A stretch of 64,000 nt of DNA from Minisyncoccota bacterium. Lineage in GTDB: Bacteria; Patescibacteriota; Minisyncoccia; Phycocordibacterales; JBAYGS01. The notes below the pieces were generated by a model that made no database searches, was not told the DNA's origin, and saw only the letters and a list, made by a program, of their open reading frames with translations. Each line of letters begins with the position of its first letter. The stretch's first letter is position 1. Positions 18,903-27,085 of this stretch are shown here, piece after piece. The DNA lies in NCBI GenBank assembly GCA_041666545.1, contig JBAYGS010000003.1, positions 41,086-105,085 of the forward strand, in the 5' to 3' direction. The position numbers were made by a program, and so were the translations under genes.

Positions 18903-18998
18903 ATCACCAAACACCAAGAAACAAATTCCAAGCAAACTCCAATAACAGAAACCTGAAAACTTTAGTTATTGTTTCTTGGTTATTGATTATCTACATCC
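18903..18998. repeat. family-B palindromic unit (ccaagaaacaa...ttattgtttcttggttattgattat)
   Basis: Reverse-complement arm and forward arm of the gttattgtttcttggttattg motif, upstream of the second four-helix-bundle gene. Confidence 0.7.
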
Positions 18999-19358
18999 AT
19001 GATTCATAAGTTTGATTTAGAAAAGCGAACGACAGATTTTGCAAAAGAAACCATCCTACTTTGCAGGAAATTACCTAAAGACCCGATAAACAACCGCCTA
19101 ATGGGACAAATTGTCGGTTCTTCCGGCTCTATTGGAGCTAATTACCGTGAAGCTAATGACTCACTGGGTAAGAGAGACTTTATCCACCGTTTGAAAATAT
19201 CCCGCAAGGAAATCAAGGAAACACTCCATTGGTTTGATTTGATTGAGACGGCCAATCCTAATTTCAAACCAGTGATACTGCCCCTCGCTAAGGAAGCGAC
19301 TGAACTGCGAAATATCTTTTCGGCGATTATTAAGAAATGCGAGGACAAGCAAGTATAG
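18999..19358 (+). CDS. four-helix-bundle protein (23S rRNA IVS protein family), second copy
   Basis: 119 aa. ...IVGSSGSIGANYREANDSLGKRDFIHRLKISRKEIKETLHWFDL matches the same family as 17310-17666 and is divergent from it. Confidence 0.75.
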   Translation: MIHKFDLEKRTTDFAKETILLCRKLPKDPINNRLMGQIVGSSGSIGANYREANDSLGKRDFIHRLKISRKEIKETLHWFDLIETANPNFKPVILPLAKEATELRNIFSAIIKKCEDKQV

Positions 19359-19373
19359 TATAATTGTATGACT

Positions 19374-19424
19374 GGTTATTGATGTTTGTTTGGTTATTGT
19401 TTCTTGGTTATTGATTATTTACAC
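19374..19424. repeat. family-B repeat, direct copy downstream of the second four-helix-bundle gene
   Basis: ggttattgatgtttgtttggttattgtttcttggttattgattatttacac. Direct repeat of 18964-18990. Confidence 0.7.
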
Positions 19425-19426
19425 CT

Positions 19427-21235
19427 ATGAGTTTCTTAAGTAACTTATTTACCAAAAAGAAAACGGTCTCAGGTATTTCTCCAATTTTGCCACAGGAAAT
19501 TTATCAATCCGGAGTTTTGGAGTTGCAAGATATTATCGCACCTTCCGCCCTCAAAATCAGTCCCAAGGAGCTTAATTTGGGCGAAAAGATTGTCCGGTCA
19601 TTTTTTGTGATTTCTTACCCTCGTTTCCTTTCGGAATCTTGGTTTGCGCCAATCATCAACCTCGACAAAGTTTTTAATGTCTCGATTTTTGTGCACCCAA
19701 TCGACACCGTCAAAGTTCTGCGCCAATTCCAGAAGAAAGTCGCCGAGGTGCAGAGCCAGATCAGCGCCAGGGAATCAAAAGGCTTGGTGAGAGACCCGAT
19801 GCTTGATACTGCTTATCACGATTTGGAACAACTACGCGATAGCCTGCAACAAGCCCAGGAAAAACTTTTTGATGTCGGCCTCTATATCACCATTTACGGC
19901 GATAACGACAATGAGTTGGACAAAATTGAATCAGAAATTAAATCAATTCTCGAGTCTAAACTTGTGTATGTAAAACCCGCCCTTTTCCAACAAGAGCAGG
20001 GCTATATCAGTTCGCTACCGATTGCCGACGACCAACTCCAGGTTCACTCAAAGCTCAATTCCACCCCTCTTTCCAGTCTTTTCCCGTTCGTGTCTTTCGA
20101 CCTAACTTCAGATAAAGGCATCCTTTACGGCGTTAATCGCCACAATTCCAGTCTGGTGCTTTTCGACCGCTTCTCGCTTGAAAACTACAATTCGATTACC
20201 TTCGCCAAATCTGGCGCCGGAAAATCGTACGCGACTAAACTGGAAATTTTGCGAACTCTGATGTTTGACGCCGATGTCATCGTAATTGACCCGGAAAAAG
20301 AGTACGAATACATGGCCGAGGCGACCGGTGGCAAATACTTCAATATTTCCTTAACTTCCGAACATCACATTAACCCCTTCGATTTACCGACGCCGAGCGA
20401 AGACGAGTCTCCGGCCGATGTTTTGCGTTCCAACATCATCAACCTGGTCGGCTTGTTTAGAATCATGATGGGTGGGCTTACCCCGGAAGAAGACGCGATT
20501 ATTGACCGGGCCATTACCGAAACCTACGCCCTGAAAGACATCTCGCCCGATTCCAACTTTGCCAATATTGAGCCACCGCTACTTTCAGATTTCGAATTGG
20601 TCTTGGCCGGCATGGAGGGCGGGGAATCGTTGGTACAAAGAATCACCAAATACACTAAAGGCACCTGGTCCGGTTTCCTCAATCGGCCGAGTAATGTGGA
20701 AATCGACAAAAAATTTGTTGTTTTCTCTTTGCGAGACATGGAGGAGGAGCTCAAACCAGTCGCGATGTACATCGTCACTCATTATATTTGGAATGCCATC
20801 AGAAAACACCTGAAGAAACGCCTACTGGTCATTGACGAGGCTTGGTGGATGATGAAATCCGATGATACCGCCTCGTTTCTTTTGAGCCTCGCCAAACGCG
20901 GACGAAAATATTATTTAGGCCTGGCCACAATCACCCAAGATGTTGATGACTTTTTGCGTTCGCCTTACGGTTTACCGATTGTCACCAACTCCTCAATTCA
21001 AATTTTACTCAAACAATCACCGGCCGTTATAGACCGACTGAAGGAAGTCTTTAACCTAACAGATGAGGAAAAATATTTACTTCTGGAATCTGATGTCGGG
21101 GAAGGGATTTTCTTCGTCGGCCTTAAACATGTTGCCATCAAAACTATCGCTTCATACACCGAGGACCAGATTATCACTTCGGACCCATCTCAAATTCTAG
21201 CTATCAAAAAGGCTCGCGCCGAGCTTAATTCTTAA
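19427..21235 (+). CDS. VirB4/TrsE-like conjugation-type ATPase (AAA-like, CagE/TrbE/VirB family)
   Basis: 602 aa. N-domain IVRSFFVISYPRFLSESWFAPIIN. Walker A FAKSGAGKSY. Walker B LLVIDEAWWMM (the DEAW motif typical of VirB4). C-terminal ATPase region. Confidence 0.75.
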   Translation: MSFLSNLFTKKKTVSGISPILPQEIYQSGVLELQDIIAPSALKISPKELNLGEKIVRSFFVISYPRFLSESWFAPIINLDKVFNVSIFVHPIDTVKVLRQFQKKVAEVQSQISARESKGLVRDPMLDTAYHDLEQLRDSLQQAQEKLFDVGLYITIYGDNDNELDKIESEIKSILESKLVYVKPALFQQEQGYISSLPIADDQLQVHSKLNSTPLSSLFPFVSFDLTSDKGILYGVNRHNSSLVLFDRFSLENYNSITFAKSGAGKSYATKLEILRTLMFDADVIVIDPEKEYEYMAEATGGKYFNISLTSEHHINPFDLPTPSEDESPADVLRSNIINLVGLFRIMMGGLTPEEDAIIDRAITETYALKDISPDSNFANIEPPLLSDFELVLAGMEGGESLVQRITKYTKGTWSGFLNRPSNVEIDKKFVVFSLRDMEEELKPVAMYIVTHYIWNAIRKHLKKRLLVIDEAWWMMKSDDTASFLLSLAKRGRKYYLGLATITQDVDDFLRSPYGLPIVTNSSIQILLKQSPAVIDRLKEVFNLTDEEKYLLLESDVGEGIFFVGLKHVAIKTIASYTEDQIITSDPSQILAIKKARAELNS

Positions 21236-21237
21236 AC

Positions 21238-22005
21238 ATGGCTGTTAAAGAGCGTATCGACAACACTACTGCCGGCTTGATGATTGCGGCCGCCTTTTTC
21301 CTCTTTGATTTAGTTGGCGGACTAGTAAATCTTATACCTTACGCAGGACAAGTTTTAAGCGATTTGGTCTCATTGACTGGCTTTTTAGTTATGGGCTTTT
21401 GGTTTATTTTAAAGGGAGTTAAGTTTTTGGACGGTGAAAATATCGGCAAAAAGGCCGGTACGCTGGCGTTTTCAATAATAATCGAGGCAGTCCCAATATT
21501 AAATGTTTTGCCGGCCCTGACATTTTTTGTAGTCAGGACAATTATCATGGTAAAATCAGAGGATAAGGTTAATGCCTTAAAGGAATCAACTGGTGCCGTG
21601 GGCAAGTTGGCGGAACGTGGCCACTCAAAGTCCAAAGGTAAATCCGAGAAGCCGGACGAAACACCGGCAGATGAGGACGGCGAAGAATCCGAGGAGTCTG
21701 GACCAGACTCTGGTCAAAGCGATACAGATGGGACATCAGCAACTCAAGAATATAATTCTGCTCCTATCGCCCATAAGGCATTTGGTGGCGTAGATACTGG
21801 ATCAATCAAAGACAGGAGCTTACGAGGGCCAGATTCAATCGATGACACCCCAGAAGAAAAATTGGCGGAACTGCAGTCTGGTCCTGGTGGACCAGATATA
21901 GTAGAAGCCGGCAACGAACGCCGGCGAGAAAAATTCAAAGAAATGATAAAAACAGGCGACGACCTACACCAAAACTCCTCTGGAGTTTTTCCGGACAGAA
22001 GATAA
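21238..22005 (+). CDS. membrane protein with an acidic C-terminal tail
   Basis: 255 aa. 3-4 TM helices, then a D/E/S-rich tail. Confidence 0.35.
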   Translation: MAVKERIDNTTAGLMIAAAFFLFDLVGGLVNLIPYAGQVLSDLVSLTGFLVMGFWFILKGVKFLDGENIGKKAGTLAFSIIIEAVPILNVLPALTFFVVRTIIMVKSEDKVNALKESTGAVGKLAERGHSKSKGKSEKPDETPADEDGEESEESGPDSGQSDTDGTSATQEYNSAPIAHKAFGGVDTGSIKDRSLRGPDSIDDTPEEKLAELQSGPGGPDIVEAGNERRREKFKEMIKTGDDLHQNSSGVFPDRR

Positions 22006-22064
22006 GGTAATTTGACTGAAACATTACGCAGTTTTGAAAACATAATGAGACTTTGATGATATAA

Positions 22065-23087
22065 TTGAAAGTGTTAATTATGAAAAAGCTAATCCTTGTT
22101 GCTCTCACGATGTTTCTGTTGGTGAATGGAGCTCTCTCCTCCGCCCAGACCATCGATTTGACCCAAAATCTCTCGGTCACTCAAAATCCAGAACGACCAA
22201 GAGCTTACGATACTGTTTCGATTTCAGTTGAAAGTTATTTGGTAGACTTAAATTCAGCTTCAATTACTTGGTCAGTAAACGGCAAGCTCTCGGAAAAGGG
22301 GACCGGCAACAAAACTTTCAAAATTAAACTCGGGGCGGTTGGCTCTTTAACCACGGTTGGCCTAAGCATCAAAGCCAGAACCGGCGAATCAATCGACAAA
22401 GTCTTTGCTTTACGCCCATCTGAAGTGGACCTTTTGTGGGAAGCCCAAACCTATACCCCGCCTTTTTATAAAGGCAAGGCCCTTTTCTCCAACCAGGGCC
22501 GTTTGAGGATTATTGCGGTGCCAAATTTTAAAGATTCGAGTGGCAAAACTATTTCAGCCGGCAATTTAATCTATACCTGGAAACAAGACGACCAGGTTTT
22601 GGGCAATCTTTCCGGTTATGGCAAATCCACTTTAATTGTTGACGGCCCGCTCTTGCCAATTCTAACCACCATAAGTGTCCAAGCGATGACCGCCGACAGT
22701 CAACTAGTCGCAGAAAGTCGTCTCTCATTAAGGTCTCTGACTCCTAGTATTTTATTTTATGAGAACAACCCGCTCTACGGCATTATGTATCATCAAGCCA
22801 TGGGCTCTGCCTTTACTTTACGCGGTTCAGAAATTACTTTAGCCGCTGAACCATATTTCTTCTCTGGTCACGAAAAAACGACTCTGGAAACCACCTACGA
22901 CTGGCAACTCAACGGTGTTATTGTAGGAGATAACGAGAACGGCGAGGTCACCTTAAGAAATGATAAGGCCCAAACTGGCCAGTCGATTTTGAGCCTGGAA
23001 ATAACCAACAGCCAAAAAATTTATCAATCGGCCCGACAAACCTTGACCTTGAATTTCTCTAGCGAAGGTGCTAACCCAACCTTCTAA
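22065..23087 (+). CDS. secreted hypothetical protein
   Basis: Signal peptide LILVALTMFLLVNGALSSAQT, then a beta-rich 300 aa domain. Confidence 0.35.
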   Translation: MKVLIMKKLILVALTMFLLVNGALSSAQTIDLTQNLSVTQNPERPRAYDTVSISVESYLVDLNSASITWSVNGKLSEKGTGNKTFKIKLGAVGSLTTVGLSIKARTGESIDKVFALRPSEVDLLWEAQTYTPPFYKGKALFSNQGRLRIIAVPNFKDSSGKTISAGNLIYTWKQDDQVLGNLSGYGKSTLIVDGPLLPILTTISVQAMTADSQLVAESRLSLRSLTPSILFYENNPLYGIMYHQAMGSAFTLRGSEITLAAEPYFFSGHEKTTLETTYDWQLNGVIVGDNENGEVTLRNDKAQTGQSILSLEITNSQKIYQSARQTLTLNFSSEGANPTF

Positions 23088-23917
23088 TGAAAAAAATGTC
23101 TAAAAATTTACGGCAGACTTTTTTAATAATTTATGTGGTTTTTCTTTTCAGTTCTTCAGTCATTACTGCTCAAGCCGCTGAACCTGTCAATTATATCCCT
23201 TTGGAGCCGTCTTTTTTAGGGCTTCCTACTGGCAGCACCGGTGGTATCACTTTTGGTGAATATCTCACTAGGTTTTTCTCCACTGTAATCGGTCTAGCGA
23301 TTATCTTGGCCGTCTTAATGATTGTTTGGGGCGGCTTTCAATATCTCTCAACCGACGCAATCACCGACAAACAAGAAGGGAAAGAGAAGTGGACTCAAGC
23401 GATTTATGGTCTAGTTTTGGTCCTAGCATCCTACCTCATCCTCCAGACAATCAACAAACAAATTATCACCATCCCTAATACTATTTTAAACCCTGGGAAC
23501 ATAACTTCTCATAGGGTGGAACCGATTGGTAGTGACGCAGCGATGAATGAAGCCGACCGCCTGGCCAACGCTCAAGCCAACCGACAAATCTCGGACATTA
23601 ACGCCAAAATTGAAGTAGCCCAAACTGAGGAAGAGGCAATTGATTTATTAAACCAAGCCGAGCAAGTTAAGCAGACCAGACTAGACGAACAAAAAACCGC
23701 CCATATCGCCGACACTCAAAGTTTTTTCGCGACTGAATTCCCAAAACTTCAGGAGAACTTTTCAAACGGACTTAAAAATCAGGTCGCAACTAACCGTGTG
23801 GCAATTCTGGAGAAACTCAAGGAGTTGACAACTTTTCTGGACAGAAACGGTTATGGAGCCGACGCGGACCGAATTCACCAGGAAACCGTCGCCAGACTTA
23901 ACCAATATCCAAACTAA
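23087..23917 (+). CDS. pilin-like protein with signal peptide and two TM helices (TrbC/VirB2-like architecture) plus a C-terminal coiled coil
   Basis: Signal peptide ending AQA, then two hydrophobic helices (VIGLAIILAVLMIVWGGFQYL; AIYGLVLVLASYLILQTI), as in VirB2/TrbC pilins. Assignment by architecture only. Confidence 0.3.
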   Translation: MKKMSKNLRQTFLIIYVVFLFSSSVITAQAAEPVNYIPLEPSFLGLPTGSTGGITFGEYLTRFFSTVIGLAIILAVLMIVWGGFQYLSTDAITDKQEGKEKWTQAIYGLVLVLASYLILQTINKQIITIPNTILNPGNITSHRVEPIGSDAAMNEADRLANAQANRQISDINAKIEVAQTEEEAIDLLNQAEQVKQTRLDEQKTAHIADTQSFFATEFPKLQENFSNGLKNQVATNRVAILEKLKELTTFLDRNGYGADADRIHQETVARLNQYPN

Positions 23918-23922
23918 TTAAA

Positions 23923-25146
23923 ATGTCAAAAAAAGTTATTTGGGTTCTTATAATAATATTAATCTTAATAATAGCCATCGCTATCTTCGGCTACTTCTTT
24001 TTGCAAACTCCGACTGGCCAGAAATTTGTGCAAGACAACGGGCTTTCCATCTTTATGCCTTTCGGCAATCAGGACCTACCACCGATAACTGGCGGGACTG
24101 GTGGCGGATTAGGGGTCAGTACTACCACCTTGCCTTCGACCGAACTGCCCTCGACCGAACCTTTGCCTAAATTGAGGAAAATCTGGGCCTCACCGACAGC
24201 GGGAGCAATCATTTTCTCTAAAAACAATACTAGTGACATCCGCTTTACCGACCGAAGTACCGGCCACATTTATGAGATGCTCGCCACCGACCGAGAGCCG
24301 GAGCGAATTTCTAACACGACAATTCCTAAGGTTTATGAGGCCGTTTGGAGCCCCGACGGCAACACTGTATATGCCAGATACTTAAAAGGAGAGACTAGCC
24401 CGAGCATTGAAACCTATGAAATAAAACTGGCTTCAACTACCGGTCAGGATTTTATTGGAACTTTCCTGCCAAAAAACATCTCAAGCCTGGCAACGAACCC
24501 CGCCGGCGATAAGGCTTTCTACTTGTCGCGAGAGACCGCCGGTGCCACCGGTTATGTTTGGCAAAAGAGTGGTAAGAGCCGAATCAACATTTTCTCTTCA
24601 CTTTTATCGGAATGGTTGGCCTCTTGGCCAAACGACACTTTTATCCTGCTTACAAATAAACCGAGCGGTACTTCACCGGGTTTTGCCTACCTGCTAAACT
24701 CAAAAACCAGCGAGATTAAAAAAATTGCGGAAGGTTTTAAAGGGCTCACTGCCTTAGCGAACGCAAAAGCCGATCTGGCCCTTATTGGTGGCAACGGACT
24801 AACAATCGGCACATGGAGACAGAAGGACAACAGTCTAAACAGCCTACCAATCAGCACTTTGCCAGAAAAATGTGTTTGGAAGGATGACCAGGCTGTCTAC
24901 TGTGCTGTGCCGGACTCTATCCCCGAAGGGGTCTATCCTGACAGTTGGTACCGGGGTGCTGTCTCTTTCAGGGATTCGCTTTGGGAAGTGAATACCGCCA
25001 CATTAACCACCAATCTCACAATATCCCTTAGTCTCACGGCAGGGGAAGATTTTGATGTCATTTCACCAGTGCTAAGCCCAGACAAAAAGAGTCTAATTTT
25101 CATCAACAAAAAAGACTTGAGTCTCTGGCTTTTGGAACTGCAATGA
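23923..25146 (+). CDS. membrane-anchored beta-propeller-like (TolB/PD40-like) protein
   Basis: N-terminal TM helix, Gly-rich linker, and WSPDGNTVYARY-type repeats. Confidence 0.4.
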   Translation: MSKKVIWVLIIILILIIAIAIFGYFFLQTPTGQKFVQDNGLSIFMPFGNQDLPPITGGTGGGLGVSTTTLPSTELPSTEPLPKLRKIWASPTAGAIIFSKNNTSDIRFTDRSTGHIYEMLATDREPERISNTTIPKVYEAVWSPDGNTVYARYLKGETSPSIETYEIKLASTTGQDFIGTFLPKNISSLATNPAGDKAFYLSRETAGATGYVWQKSGKSRINIFSSLLSEWLASWPNDTFILLTNKPSGTSPGFAYLLNSKTSEIKKIAEGFKGLTALANAKADLALIGGNGLTIGTWRQKDNSLNSLPISTLPEKCVWKDDQAVYCAVPDSIPEGVYPDSWYRGAVSFRDSLWEVNTATLTTNLTISLSLTAGEDFDVISPVLSPDKKSLIFINKKDLSLWLLELQ

Positions 25147-25174
25147 GACTCACAACTTACAGTTAGAGAATAAA

Positions 25175-25203
25175 CAAAAAAGAGGCGAGTGCCTCTTTTT
25201 TAA
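25175..25203. terminator. bidirectional terminator between convergent genes
   Basis: aaaaaagaggc-gagt-gcctcttttt, with an A-run and a T-run on either side. Confidence 0.6.
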
Positions 25204-25688
25204 AACTCCTGCGCCAACTCGGCCGGCTCTTTGTTTTCAATATATTTGATGACCACCCTTCGACCCTGACCCATTCCAGTTGATTCGGTGACAACATTCG
25301 GTTCAGATTCCAACAGTGTGTGAACCAACATCCTCTCAAACGAGGTCATTGGGTCCATCTCGATACTACTTTTGAAGGAGACGGCACGGTCTGCCATGAT
25401 TTTTGCTTTAGCGCGCAAACGATTGAGCATCGACTCTTGATAATCATTAACATCAACCGAAAATTCAGTCTCGTCCTCACCCAGCTGTTTGCCGGCCAAT
25501 TTTCTCACCAGGTGATTGAAAGCGGTAAAGTGTTCACCTCCTTGTCCGATTAAAAGACCTGACTCTTTGCTGCGAACCACAAAAATCGGCCTTTTTAGAA
25601 TTTGATGATTTACAAGTTCAATGCTTTCAGTCTCAATCGAAAGTTTCTTAAGCAGTTCCTCAATGATTGTTTTAACTTTCGGTTCCAT
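25200..25688 (-). CDS. jag: RNA-binding protein Jag/KhpB (KH + R3H domains)
   Basis: 162 aa. KH-like GLLIGQGGEHFTAFNHLVRK and R3H-like MTSFERMLVHTLL. Located downstream of yidC in the conserved rpmH-rnpA-yidC-jag operon. Confidence 0.8.
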   Translation of the reverse strand: MEPKVKTIIEELLKKLSIETESIELVNHQILKRPIFVVRSKESGLLIGQGGEHFTAFNHLVRKLAGKQLGEDETEFSVDVNDYQESMLNRLRAKAKIMADRAVSFKSSIEMDPMTSFERMLVHTLLESEPNVVTESTGMGQGRRVVIKYIENKEPAELAQEF

Positions 25689-25703
25689 AGCTTATTTCTA
25701 CGC

Positions 25704-26438
25704 CTAGGCGGGCTTTTGGTCAAGTCGATAACGCCGTCGCACCACGATTTCCTGGCCAATTGCAAAGAGATTGCTAGTCACCCAGTAAAATCCGACCACG
25801 GCCGGCAGTTGGTAGGCAATGATGATAATGAAAACCGGCATTACGTACTTCATCTGCATGCTCATGCTCCGAGCCAAGTCATCTTTGAAGGAAGGTTTGT
25901 CGGATTTGGCCGGAGTGGCCGGCAAGGCATAACGCATTTGGAAAAACTGACTGACACCGGCCAAAAGGGCAACGAAAATACTTTTCTGCGAGATGTCTAA
26001 AAGTCCAAAAAAATTCATGCTGATTAAATCCGGCACTGGAACAAAGTTGTAAAGCAAGCCAGCATTAACCTGTGGCAAACCGCCATTTAAAAAGACCCAG
26101 TAAAGAGCGAGAATGATTGGAATCTGAATTATGACCAAAAATATTCCGGCAAGCGGATTAAGCTTTTTCTCTTTATAGAGAGCCATCATCGCGCGAGCCT
26201 GCTCCTCGCGGTTATCTTTATGTTTATTTTTTAAAGCGTCGAGCTCTGGTTGGATTTTTTTCATAATCATCTGAGTCTCGACTGACTTCTTGGAAAGAGG
26301 GAAAAGGATTAGTTTTACCAAGACAGTAAACAAAATCACAATTAAACCGGCATCTGCCCATGGGAGAACATGGAATAAAAAAATTAACCCGTTGTATAGC
26401 GGTTTGTAAAAAATGGCTTGAAACAAGGTCGAAATCAT
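25704..26438 (-). CDS. yidC: membrane protein insertase YidC (short form)
   Basis: 244 aa. PLSKKSVETQMIMKKIQPELDALKNK...QIPIILALYWVF is the YidC/Oxa1 signature. Operon context matches. Confidence 0.85.
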   Translation of the reverse strand: MISTLFQAIFYKPLYNGLIFLFHVLPWADAGLIVILFTVLVKLILFPLSKKSVETQMIMKKIQPELDALKNKHKDNREEQARAMMALYKEKKLNPLAGIFLVIIQIPIILALYWVFLNGGLPQVNAGLLYNFVPVPDLISMNFFGLLDISQKSIFVALLAGVSQFFQMRYALPATPAKSDKPSFKDDLARSMSMQMKYVMPVFIIIIAYQLPAVVGFYWVTSNLFAIGQEIVVRRRYRLDQKPA

Positions 26439-26474
26439 CGACCTATCTTAGCTTATTTTGGGAGTTTTTTCAAA

Positions 26475-26813
26475 CTAAGCCACCCGCAGTCCGGCTGAGG
26501 CTAAAATATCCTCGATTTCTTTCTTCATCCCTTTAAAATTAAGTTTTCCGACACCTGGCTTTAAAAAAAATACCGCCGAGAAATTTTCCCTTAGGTTGGG
26601 AAGAAGTTTCCGAACAATTGAATACCCGCGCCTCTTCAGTAAATTCCTTTTCACTGCGGAATCGGCAACTTTTTTAGCAACAACAAAACTTACCTTTCTA
26701 CCCTCGAAGCTTTGCAACAAGCGTAGGGAAAGGTTGGGGGAGTGGAAGTTTCTGCCAGATTTAAGAATTTCCCCGAAAAGTTGTTTGGAGACTTTTTGAC
26801 TTCGGGCCAACAT
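26475..26813 (-). CDS. rnpA: RNase P protein component
   Basis: 112 aa basic protein (VVAKKVADSAVKRNLLKRRGYSIVRK) immediately downstream of rpmH. Confidence 0.85.
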   Translation of the reverse strand: MLARSQKVSKQLFGEILKSGRNFHSPNLSLRLLQSFEGRKVSFVVAKKVADSAVKRNLLKRRGYSIVRKLLPNLRENFSAVFFLKPGVGKLNFKGMKKEIEDILASAGLRVA

Positions 26814-26831
26814 AAAATCGGGTGACGAAAT

Positions 26832-26966
26832 TTAGACCGAGATTTTCTTTCGTCCTTTTTGGCGGCGTTGTTTGAGAACTTTCCGGCCACCGGTCGACTT
26901 GGAGCGTACCAAAAATCCGTGAGACTTGGCGCGTTTTCGTTTTTTGGGATTATAAGTGAAAGACAT
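26832..26966 (-). CDS. rpmH: 50S ribosomal protein L34
   Basis: Not in the ORF track because it is under 60 aa. Hand translation of the minus strand gives [44 protein letters not shown]. The KRxxxHGF...G.kvL..RR.KGRk motif is canonical L34. Confidence 0.85.
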   Translation of the reverse strand: MSFTYNPKKRKRAKSHGFLVRSKSTGGRKVLKQRRQKGRKKISV

Positions 26967-27085
26967 TTTTTTAAAAATTAAGTCTTAACCCTACCTGTTG
27001 GCAGAGAAAAACTCAAATAAATTATTAACAGCTTATACACATATTATTAACATAATTTAACCTTGTCCACAAGTGTTATAATCGC
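26967..27085. promoter_or_regulatory. rpmH-dnaA divergent intergenic region: candidate oriC part 1 and dnaA promoter
   Basis: AT-rich 120 bp between divergently transcribed rpmH and dnaA. DnaA-box-like TTGTCCACA at 27062-27070, followed by tgttataat. Confidence 0.5.

Noticed and set aside
17310-19358. Diversity-generating retroelement (the four-helix-bundle proteins share the Avd fold)
   Set aside because: No reverse transcriptase ORF and no template/variable repeat pair with A-specific mismatches were seen in this window. The genes match the stand-alone 23S-IVS four-helix-bundle family, so a DGR is not supported here.
11834-25146. Integrative conjugative element or prophage interpretation of the secretion locus
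   Set aside because: No integrase, relaxase, coupling protein, capsid, terminase or att repeats were found in or around it. It is flanked by rsmA and the jag-yidC-rnpA-rpmH origin operon, so it appears chromosomal and core rather than a mobile element.
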